From an uncultured Lachnospiraceae bacterium (GTDB lineage: Bacteria > Bacillota > Clostridia > Lachnospirales > Lachnospiraceae), in NCBI GenBank assembly GCA_947631985.1, contig CANRNK010000001.1:1-58661 (forward strand): a stretch of DNA of 58,661 nucleotides, written 5' to 3'. A program made the translations under genes and the position numbers. Under the pieces are notes generated by a model that had not been told where the DNA came from, ran no database searches, and saw only the letters and a list, made by a program, of their open reading frames with translations. Shown here in pieces: positions 26,729 to 34,313 of the stretch (positions are counted from its first letter, which is position 1; every line of letters starts with the position of its first letter).

Positions 26729-27838
26729 ATGACAAATTTACTCGTCTTGAAAGAGCGACTGAAGAATTTTTATGGAAGAAATGAAATTTATATTACACCA
26801 GCGCTTAAGTTTATACTGGCATTTATTTCACTTCTTTTAATCAATTCCAAGTTGGGTTATATGAGCAGGCTGAATCATCTTGCTATTGTAATGATCATTT
26901 CACTCATGTGCTCTTTTTTACCTATCAACATTATTATTGTCATTGCAGCTGTATTTTCCCTTATGCATTTATATGCACTGTCTCTAGAGAGTGCGGCAGT
27001 TGTATTGGTTATCTTCCTGGTCCTCTTTGTTTTGTATTTTCGATTTTCCCCGAAGGACACGGTAGTGGTACTTCTTACCCCGGTGTTATTTATGCTTAAT
27101 ATTCCCTATGTGATTCCCATCACTATGGGGCTTATCGGAACACCTGCTTCCATTGTATCGGTAAGTAGTGGAGTTGCGATTTACTATATTTTTGATCATA
27201 TCACGACTGGGGTAGCTACCTTGAATGCTTCTGAGTCAGGAGATGCTGTCGCAAAGTTTCGGTTTGTAATTGATGGAATTCTTGACAATAAAACCATGAT
27301 AGTTACGATTGCTGCATTTGCAGTGACACTGGTGCTTGTATATTTTATTAGAAGAATGAGTGTAGATTATTCCTGGACACTTGCGATTGTGGCAGGTGGA
27401 ATGGTAAATGTGGTGATTTTACTGATCGGAGATCTGGTATTTGATACGAACAGTTCTGTCCTTGCAGCAATTTTTGGAACAGTAGTTTCAATTGGCCTTG
27501 TTATGGTATTACAGTTTTTTGTCTTTAATGTGGATTATAGTCGAACAGAGAGGGTTCAGTTTGAGGATGATGAGTATTATTACTATGTCAAGGCAGTTCC
27601 GAAGATTGCGCTTTCAACACCTGAGAAAAGGGTCAAGAAAATCAACCCACAGAGAACAGAGAGTAATGGGGCCCAAAGAACGGGAACTAATACTTCCCAA
27701 AGAACGGGAACTAATACTTCCCAAAGAACGGGAACTAATACTTCCCAAAGAACGGGAACTAATACTTCCCAAAGTGCTGGAAGTATGCGAACAACGAGCA
27801 ATATAACGCGAAGAGAGGATATTCTCTCAAAAAAATAA
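26729..27838 (+). CDS. hypothetical polytopic membrane protein with repeat-containing Ser/Thr/Gln-rich C-terminal tail (369 aa)
   Basis: About 8 hydrophobic segments by eye, then a soluble tail ...EDDEYYYYVKAVPK... and QRTGTNTS x4. No family recognised. Confidence 0.55.
   Translation: MTNLLVLKERLKNFYGRNEIYITPALKFILAFISLLLINSKLGYMSRLNHLAIVMIISLMCSFLPINIIIVIAAVFSLMHLYALSLESAAVVLVIFLVLFVLYFRFSPKDTVVVLLTPVLFMLNIPYVIPITMGLIGTPASIVSVSSGVAIYYIFDHITTGVATLNASESGDAVAKFRFVIDGILDNKTMIVTIAAFAVTLVLVYFIRRMSVDYSWTLAIVAGGMVNVVILLIGDLVFDTNSSVLAAIFGTVVSIGLVMVLQFFVFNVDYSRTERVQFEDDEYYYYVKAVPKIALSTPEKRVKKINPQRTESNGAQRTGTNTSQRTGTNTSQRTGTNTSQRTGTNTSQSAGSMRTTSNITRREDILSKK
27649..27774 (+). repeat. in-frame 24-bp tandem repeat, 4 perfect copies plus a degenerate leading copy and 6-nt partial
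   Basis: Unit CCAAAGAACGGGAACTAATACTTC at 27673, 27697, 27721 and 27745 (all identical). 27649-27672 matches at 14 of 24 positions. CCAAAG partial at 27769-27774. Confidence 0.95.
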
Positions 27839-27858
27839 AATGAAATGGAATACTTTTT

Positions 27859-28740
27859 ATGGAACAGATATTCGAGTTCATAAATAAATATATGCTGACA
27901 CTTCATATGCCTAGTGTAAGATGGGAAGATATCGCAGAAATTATTATTATTTCATTTCTGGTGTATCAGATTATGCTTTGGATTAAGAATACCAGAGCAT
28001 GGTCCCTCTTAAAGGGTGTTGTCGTTATTATGGGTTTTATTCTGGTTGCAGCCATTTTCAGGATGACTACTATATTGTGGATTGTTGAAAATGTATTAGG
28101 GCTTGCGGTAATTGCGATTATCGTTGTGCTACAACCCGAACTCAGACGTGCACTTGAAATGCTGGGCCAGAAGAATATATTCAGCTCCCTGCTTCCTTTT
28201 GATACAGGAAAAAATACAGGGGGAAGATTTACCGATAAAACGGTCAATGAAATTGTCAAGGCAAGCTTTGAGATGGGCAGGGTGAAAACCGGAGCCCTTA
28301 TTGTTGTGGAACAAAGCGTTACTCTCGCAGAATACGAGAGAACCGGAATTCCAATTGATGCCCTCCTGAGTAGTCAGCTTTTGATAAATATATTTGAACA
28401 TAATACACCTTTGCATGATGGTGCAATCATCATAAGAGGAAACAGAATCACCTCCGCAACCTGTTATCTGCCTTTGTCAGACAACATGGCACTCAGCAAA
28501 GATCTGGGAACCAGACATCGTGCTGCGGTAGGTATTTCAGAAGCGACCGACTCACTTACGATTATAGTATCCGAAGAAACAGGCAGAGTCAGCATCGCAT
28601 ATGCAGGTAATTTGTACCGTAATATTAATGCGGATACTTTGAAAGAGAGGCTGGTAGAACTGCAGAACAAAGCGGGGGAAGAAAAAAAGCATAAGCTATG
28701 GAAGGGAAGGTCAAAGAATGAAAAAGAAACTGACAAATAA
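27859..28740 (+). CDS. cdaA: diadenylate cyclase CdaA (DisA_N domain, three N-terminal TMs)
   Basis: TPLHDGAIIIRGNRI, LGTRHRAAVGISE and VSEETGRVS motifs. Confidence 0.9.
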   Translation: MEQIFEFINKYMLTLHMPSVRWEDIAEIIIISFLVYQIMLWIKNTRAWSLLKGVVVIMGFILVAAIFRMTTILWIVENVLGLAVIAIIVVLQPELRRALEMLGQKNIFSSLLPFDTGKNTGGRFTDKTVNEIVKASFEMGRVKTGALIVVEQSVTLAEYERTGIPIDALLSSQLLINIFEHNTPLHDGAIIIRGNRITSATCYLPLSDNMALSKDLGTRHRAAVGISEATDSLTIIVSEETGRVSIAYAGNLYRNINADTLKERLVELQNKAGEEKKHKLWKGRSKNEKETDK

Positions 28741-30058
28741 CCTTGGGCTTAAAATTCTTGCAATTTTCTTTTCAGCGATTTTATGGCTTATCGTTGTCAA
28801 TATTAACGATCCTGTTGTATCGGTTTCCTTTACAGACATTGAGGTCGACATTAGAAATGCTGACTCTATCACGAGCCAGGGAAAAGTATATGAAATTCTG
28901 GATGGGACAAACAAAATAGATGTTATGGTAAGAGCTAAGCGATCGATTGTAGATTCTATCAGCAAGGATAACGTCAGAGCAATTGCTGATATGAAAGAAC
29001 TCACTTTTATGGATACTGTTGGCATCACATTAAGTACCAATAAGTATAATGATAAGCTTGAAAGCATTACATCCTCCACGGACAATCTGAAAATCAATAT
29101 TGAAAATGTTCAGAAAGTGCAACTGGTTGTTACGAGTGAAACGGCAGGAGAACCAGCCTCTGGTTATGTACTAGGGAGTGTCAAGACGGACCAGAATCTA
29201 GTCAGATTGTCGGGACCAGAATCTGTAATTTCCAAAGTAAGCAAAGCAATTGCAAGTGTAAACGTAGCAGGAATGTCTTCTGATATCAGCACCAGGGTAG
29301 ATCTCAAACTCTATGATAGTGAGGACAATCTCATTGAAAACAGCAGTATTGTAAAAAATATTGATTCTGTCAACGTGAATGTGGAAATTCTTGCAACAAA
29401 GGATGTTCCGGTTATTTTTTCGGCAACCGGTGTACCGGCAGCAGGTCATATGCTGTCAGGTGTGAATACTGGTATACCAGCGACTGTGAAAGTTGCGGGA
29501 AAACAGGCGGTCATAGATGCGTTAACATCGATAGAAGTCTCTGATATTAATGTGACGGGTCAGAATAGTGACATGACTACAATTGTGGCGATAAAAGAAT
29601 ACCTTCCTGACAATGTATATTACGTTGGAAGCGCAACTGATTCTCAGATTTCCACCACAATTGGAATAGAAGCAATTGAAAGAAGGACGTTTAGAATTCC
29701 AGTTAACAATATTATCGCGACAGAGCTTCCAGACACACTGGTAGCAGAATTTCCAAATCTTGAAGAACCGATAGAAATAGAAATTGCTGGACTCAAGAGT
29801 GTAGTGCAAGCGCTAAGTTCGAATACAATTATCGGTATGGTGTCCATTACAAGCTTAGCGGAAGAGCTTGGAGTAGAAGAGGTTTCGGAAGGAATCTATA
29901 ATAGAGCTGTGACATTCCAGATTCCAGATTCAGGAATTGAATCAGTCACAGAGATTCGGGTTGATATGCTGCTTCAGAAAAAAGAAACTGCAAACCAGAC
30001 CACAACGGATCAAGCGGCAGAAGATACAGCGACAACAGAAGAAGCGGCAACAAATTAA
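28718..30058 (+). CDS. cdaR: CdaA regulatory protein CdaR (YbbR-domain repeats)
   Basis: Start lies within the cdaA 3' end. N-terminal TM LKILAIFFSAILWLIVV followed by repeated YbbR-like beta-rich segments. Conserved position between cdaA and glmM. Confidence 0.8.
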   Translation: MKKKLTNNLGLKILAIFFSAILWLIVVNINDPVVSVSFTDIEVDIRNADSITSQGKVYEILDGTNKIDVMVRAKRSIVDSISKDNVRAIADMKELTFMDTVGITLSTNKYNDKLESITSSTDNLKINIENVQKVQLVVTSETAGEPASGYVLGSVKTDQNLVRLSGPESVISKVSKAIASVNVAGMSSDISTRVDLKLYDSEDNLIENSSIVKNIDSVNVNVEILATKDVPVIFSATGVPAAGHMLSGVNTGIPATVKVAGKQAVIDALTSIEVSDINVTGQNSDMTTIVAIKEYLPDNVYYVGSATDSQISTTIGIEAIERRTFRIPVNNIIATELPDTLVAEFPNLEEPIEIEIAGLKSVVQALSSNTIIGMVSITSLAEELGVEEVSEGIYNRAVTFQIPDSGIESVTEIRVDMLLQKKETANQTTTDQAAEDTATTEEAATN

Positions 30059-30084
30059 AGATGAAAAGAGGTCCGAGGAAAACT

Positions 30085-31434
30085 ATGGCAAGATTATTTG
30101 GAACAGATGGAGTCCGAGGTGTAGCAAATGAAGAGTTAACACCGTTGCTTGCAATGCAACTGGGTCAGGCAGGCGCCTATGTACTTACAAAAGAGAATAA
30201 GCATAAACCTACTATTATGGTGGGATGTGATACCAGAATTTCCGGAGACATGCTGGCAAATGCACTGATGGCAGGTGTTTGCTCAGTTGGGGCCAATGCA
30301 GTCTATGTTGGGGTGGTACCGACTCCAGCAGTAGCTTATCTGACAAAAAAATACAGAGTGGATGCCGGAGTTGTGATTTCTGCATCTCACAATCCAGTTG
30401 AATTTAATGGAATTAAATTCTTTGATGGAAATGGGTATAAACTGCCGGATTCAATGGAAGATGAAATCGAAGAATTAATCAAAAATAACATGCAGGGCAT
30501 AAAATTTCCGAATGGTGCTGGAATTGGTAAAGTGAAATACCGTTCAGATGCAAGAGAAGAATACATTAACCATTCAATCAAGTCAGTGCCTGTTGATTTG
30601 AAAAAAATGAAAATTGTAGTTGACTGTGCAGAAGGAGCTGCTTATTACACTTCAGTTGAAACATTAAAGGAGCTTGGTGCAGATGTTGTTGCAATTCACA
30701 ATTCTCCGGATGGAACCAATATCAATGCCAACTGTGGCTCGACACATATGCAGGAGCTTATGGCCAGAGTTGTGTATGAAAAAGCAGATTTGGGTCTTGC
30801 TTTTGACGGAGATGCTGACAGAATGCTGGCAGTAGATGAGACAGGTAACCTGGTTGACGGCGATGAAATCATGGCTATTGTTGCAAACCACATGAACCAA
30901 ATGGGAACCCTCAAAAAAAATACTGTTGTTGCAACCGTAATGAGTAATCTTGGATTTTTCCTGATGGCAAAAGAAAAAGGATTGAAGGCGGAACAGACCA
31001 AAGTCGGAGATCGCTACGTACTGGAGAAAATGCGTGAAATAGGAGCAAATCTTGGTGGAGAACAATCCGGGCATATTATTTTTCTGGATGAAAATACAAC
31101 AGGGGATGGCCTTCTTAGTGCCTTGCATCTTTTGCAGGTCGTAGTTGAAACGGGAAAGCCCTTATCAGAACTTGCAGCTGTTATGACAGTGCTTCCGCAG
31201 GCTCTTATCAATGCAGCGGTACCGAATCATAAAAAAGAAAGTTATATGGACTATCCTGAAATAGCGGAATCGATAGAACAGCTTACTAAAAAATTTGCGG
31301 GAGAGGGTCGTGTACTAATCAGACCTTCAGGGACAGAACCACTTGTCAGAGTTATGATTGAAGGAAAAGATCAGGAAATGATTGAAAAAGATGCAAAACA
31401 ACTTGCGACTCTGATCCAGGATGTCATGCTATAA
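30085..31434 (+). CDS. glmM: phosphoglucosamine mutase
   Basis: MARLFGTDGVRGVAN, active-site SASHNP, DGDADR, GGEQSGH. ATG 30085 is preferred over 30061. Confidence 0.95.
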   Translation: MARLFGTDGVRGVANEELTPLLAMQLGQAGAYVLTKENKHKPTIMVGCDTRISGDMLANALMAGVCSVGANAVYVGVVPTPAVAYLTKKYRVDAGVVISASHNPVEFNGIKFFDGNGYKLPDSMEDEIEELIKNNMQGIKFPNGAGIGKVKYRSDAREEYINHSIKSVPVDLKKMKIVVDCAEGAAYYTSVETLKELGADVVAIHNSPDGTNINANCGSTHMQELMARVVYEKADLGLAFDGDADRMLAVDETGNLVDGDEIMAIVANHMNQMGTLKKNTVVATVMSNLGFFLMAKEKGLKAEQTKVGDRYVLEKMREIGANLGGEQSGHIIFLDENTTGDGLLSALHLLQVVVETGKPLSELAAVMTVLPQALINAAVPNHKKESYMDYPEIAESIEQLTKKFAGEGRVLIRPSGTEPLVRVMIEGKDQEMIEKDAKQLATLIQDVML

Positions 31435-31450
31435 AAAAGCATTCAGGAAA

Positions 31451-31490
31451 AAAATAACAGAAGGTAACAGAAAATAACAGAAAGTAACAG
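31451..31490 (+). repeat. four consecutive 10-bp direct repeats (AARRTAACAG), helically phased
   Basis: AAAATAACAG AAGGTAACAG AAAATAACAG AAAGTAACAG. TAACAG recurs at exactly 10-bp intervals, ending 5 nt before a candidate -35. Confidence 0.9.
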
Positions 31491-31495
31491 ACGGT

Positions 31496-31524
31496 TTGCG
31501 TATAAAACTGTTTAATGATATAGT
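31496..31524 (+). promoter_or_regulatory. candidate sigma-A promoter for the HPr-like/leuA pair
   Basis: TTGCGT (31496-31501), 17-nt spacer ending in TG-A, TATAGT (31519-31524). Confidence 0.45.
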
Positions 31525-31560
31525 TGTCTAGGGATAGCAACTGATATGGGAGGAAAGTAT

Positions 31561-31824
31561 ATGGTACGCCAGAAGGTGGTTATTAAGAATCCGACAGGTC
31601 TTCATTTACGGCCAGCAGGAATCTTGTGTAAAGAAGCAATGCAGTTCAAATCACTTATCACATTTACATTCAGAGAGAGTACAGCGAACGCAAAAAGCGT
31701 ATTAAGTGTACTGGGCGCGTGTGTTAAATGTGGAGATGAGATCGAATTTGTTTGCGAAGGAGAAGATGAAGCTGACGCTTTGAAATCTCTGGTTAGTGCA
31801 ATTGAGAATGGCCTAGGCGAATAG
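31561..31824 (+). CDS. HPr-family phosphocarrier protein
   Basis: GGGAGG RBS before ATG 31561. His15 context TGLHLRPA and Ser46 context NAKSVLSVL are both present. 87 aa. Confidence 0.8.
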   Translation: MVRQKVVIKNPTGLHLRPAGILCKEAMQFKSLITFTFRESTANAKSVLSVLGACVKCGDEIEFVCEGEDEADALKSLVSAIENGLGE

Positions 31825-31843
31825 ATTCAGAGAGGAATGAATC

Positions 31844-33520
31844 ATGTTACGTTATGAAAGATATAAAAGAAATCCAGTGATACAGTTTCCAGAGAGAACC
31901 TGGCCTTCCAAAGAAATCAATAAAGCACCGATTTGGTGCAGTGTTGACTTGCGTGATGGAAACCAGGCATTGATAGAACCTATGGTGGTACAGGAAAAGA
32001 TAGAGTTATTTGAATTCCTGGTCAAATTAGGATTTAAAGAGATTGAAATAGGTTTTCCGGCGGCAAGCCAGATTGAGTTTGACTTTTTGCGGGAGCTTGT
32101 GGATCGAAGACTAATCCCGGCAGATGTCAAAGTGCAGGTACTGACGCAGTGTAGGGAAGAACTGATTGACAGGACTTTTGAGGCAATTGCTGGTTGTAAA
32201 CAGGCGGTTGTCCATATCTATAATTCAACATCGACACTTCAAAGAGATGTCGTATTTAAAATGGAACCAGAGGAAATAAAACAAATTGCGATTCGTGGCA
32301 CAGAAATGGTCAAAGAAAGAGCAAAAAAATTTCCGGGTAAGATTATTTTGGAATACTCTCCAGAAAGCTTTACAGGGACAGAATTAGAAGTAGCGCTTTC
32401 TATCTGTACCGCAGTACAGGAGACCTGGGGTGCAACAAAAGAAGACCCGATTATTATTAATTTACCATCTACCGTTGAGATGAATACACCAAATGTATAC
32501 GCGGATCAGATTGAGTGGATGCATCGTCATTTTTCCAATCGTGAAAGTATCATTTTAAGTGTTCACCCTCATAATGACAGGGGATGTGGTGTTGCAGCTT
32601 CTGAACTTGCATTGCTAGCCGGTGCAGACAGAGTAGAAGGAACCTTGTTTGGGAATGGAGAAAGAACTGGAAATGTAGACATTCTTACGATTGCCTATAA
32701 TATGTTTTCACAGGGGATTAACCCTGAACTCGATCTTTCTCATATCAACGATATTATTGAAATCTACGAAAGATGTTGCAAGATAGCGGTGCATCCAAGA
32801 CATCCATATGCTGGAAAGCTTGTGTTTACAGCGTTCTCTGGATCGCATCAAGATGCGATTAACAAGGGAATTCATGCGTTAAGTGAAAGAGGCAGTAAGC
32901 ACTGGCAGGTACCATATTTACCAATTGATCCAGCAGATATTGGCAGAGAGTATGAACCAATTGTCAGAATTAATTCCCAGTCTGGAAAAGGTGGAGTTGC
33001 TTTTATTATGGACAGCTACTTTGGTTTCAAGCTGCCCAAGGGAATGCACAAAGAATTTGCGACAATCATTCAGGCAATTTCGGAAAAGCAGGGAGAGGTT
33101 GCGCCAGATCAGATTATGGAAGAGTTCAAACATGCATATATTGAACAGAAAGAACCTATTCACTTTAAGAAACTGAAAGTAGAAGATCTCAGTGAGGAAA
33201 CAGAATCTGAATTTGATACAGAAGTTACGGTTATGTATACAGACCATGGAGAGGAAAAACTGTTCCGTGCAATCGGAAATGGTCCAATCGATGCTGTAAA
33301 GCGTGGTTTGGCAGATTCCCTTTCGATCAATATCAAAATACTGGATTACGAAGAGCATGCTCTGCAAAGCGGTTCAAATTCTCAAGCGGCTGCTTACATC
33401 CATTTACTGGATGCAGAGGAAGGTCGCGTAACTTATGGGGTTGGTGTAAGTTCAAATATTACAAGGGCTTCAGTCAGAGCCATCTTCTCGGCAGTGAATC
33501 GCCTTGGACTTGGAAAATAA
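31844..33520 (+). CDS. leuA: 2-isopropylmalate synthase, long (LeuA type 2) form
   Basis: 558 aa. ...WCSVDLRDGNQAL, HPHNDRGCGVA, GTLFGNGERTGN, and a C-terminal LeuA dimerisation/regulatory region. Confidence 0.85.
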   Translation: MLRYERYKRNPVIQFPERTWPSKEINKAPIWCSVDLRDGNQALIEPMVVQEKIELFEFLVKLGFKEIEIGFPAASQIEFDFLRELVDRRLIPADVKVQVLTQCREELIDRTFEAIAGCKQAVVHIYNSTSTLQRDVVFKMEPEEIKQIAIRGTEMVKERAKKFPGKIILEYSPESFTGTELEVALSICTAVQETWGATKEDPIIINLPSTVEMNTPNVYADQIEWMHRHFSNRESIILSVHPHNDRGCGVAASELALLAGADRVEGTLFGNGERTGNVDILTIAYNMFSQGINPELDLSHINDIIEIYERCCKIAVHPRHPYAGKLVFTAFSGSHQDAINKGIHALSERGSKHWQVPYLPIDPADIGREYEPIVRINSQSGKGGVAFIMDSYFGFKLPKGMHKEFATIIQAISEKQGEVAPDQIMEEFKHAYIEQKEPIHFKKLKVEDLSEETESEFDTEVTVMYTDHGEEKLFRAIGNGPIDAVKRGLADSLSINIKILDYEEHALQSGSNSQAAAYIHLLDAEEGRVTYGVGVSSNITRASVRAIFSAVNRLGLGK

Positions 33521-33537
33521 AACTTTTAGAAATAACG

Positions 33538-33566
33538 CCAGGCATTTCGTTTTTGGAAATGCTTGG
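33538..33566 (+). terminator. hairpin after leuA (weak terminator candidate)
   Basis: CCAGGCATTTC / GAAATGCTTGG 11-bp stem (one G-U pair), 7-nt loop. Only a weak T-run follows. Confidence 0.35.
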
Positions 33567-33587
33567 TGTTGCTGTATGTGAGGGGAT

Positions 33588-34313
33588 ATGAAAATACGAC
33601 ATCAAATCTATGAGGTTTTGCAAAAAGTTTTTCGGGTTATCAACACACAAACTAAGCGCCTGAACCCAGATACCGGTATCCTGCTTCCACTTATGACACT
33701 TCTGTTGGCGATTTTGCTCCTGGTAAGCTTTGTAGTACCTAAAATGGTAATCGATACCATAAAAGTGAATACAACAGAGGAAGAAGGGGATGTCGAATAT
33801 CCACTTTTGCTTGAGGAAGGTACATTTCTGGTTCACCAGATGAATACCGAGAGTCGGCCATTGTTTGGAATCCAGAGTGCATTGTTTAAAAACGGAATTC
33901 AATATGAAAAATCCATCCTACATTGTGATGTCTATGAGGCAAATACGGAAATAAGACTCAGTAGTAATCAATATCAATTATCCCAGGGAGAAGACCTGCA
34001 GTATATTTATATTCCGTTTGCAGATTACGAAGCCTGTGTGGGTGAATTGGAGATTCGGTTCTGGTACGAGAACTTGGATGGAGAAGCAGCGAAACCACCG
34101 TCTCTTCTTGCGAATGGCCGGGTTTTCAATGAAACCAGGACTTTTTTTGCTGGGGAAGAATTACCCGGAACGATAAAATGCATGTATGTGCATACACATG
34201 CCACTTATCCACTAGTCTATGATCTTAGAATTCTTCTGGTGGTATTTCTGGCAGCGTCAGCGACTGTGACATGGAAGACCCCTTTTAGAAAAAAGGAGGT
34301 GCACCATGAATAG
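33588..34313 (+). CDS. hypothetical membrane-anchored protein (241 aa), first gene of the glycan locus
   Basis: N-terminal TM (ILLPLMTLLLAILLLVSFVV), a ~150-aa extracytoplasmic region, and a C-terminal TM. 8-nt overlap (ATGAATAG) with the next gene. Confidence 0.5.
   Translation: MKIRHQIYEVLQKVFRVINTQTKRLNPDTGILLPLMTLLLAILLLVSFVVPKMVIDTIKVNTTEEEGDVEYPLLLEEGTFLVHQMNTESRPLFGIQSALFKNGIQYEKSILHCDVYEANTEIRLSSNQYQLSQGEDLQYIYIPFADYEACVGELEIRFWYENLDGEAAKPPSLLANGRVFNETRTFFAGEELPGTIKCMYVHTHATYPLVYDLRILLVVFLAASATVTWKTPFRKKEVHHE

Noticed and set aside
27649-27774. Possible CRISPR array or minisatellite-type mobile feature
   Set aside because: The repeats are contiguous with no spacers, lie in frame within a CDS, and no cas genes are present. 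The 10-bp array at 31451-31490 likewise has no spacers.
27492-27906. Alternative-frame and antisense ORFs (27492-27806 +, 27583-27906 -) with their own 8-aa repeats
   Set aside because: They are artefacts of the stop-free 24-bp tandem repeat. The frame continuous with the upstream 8-TM protein is the credible one.
33474-33902. 142-aa reverse-strand ORF across the leuA 3' end and the start of the glycan locus
   Set aside because: It overlaps the leuA stop, the hairpin and the + strand gene that is translationally coupled to the GT-C-like gene. No RBS is present, so the + strand model is preferred.
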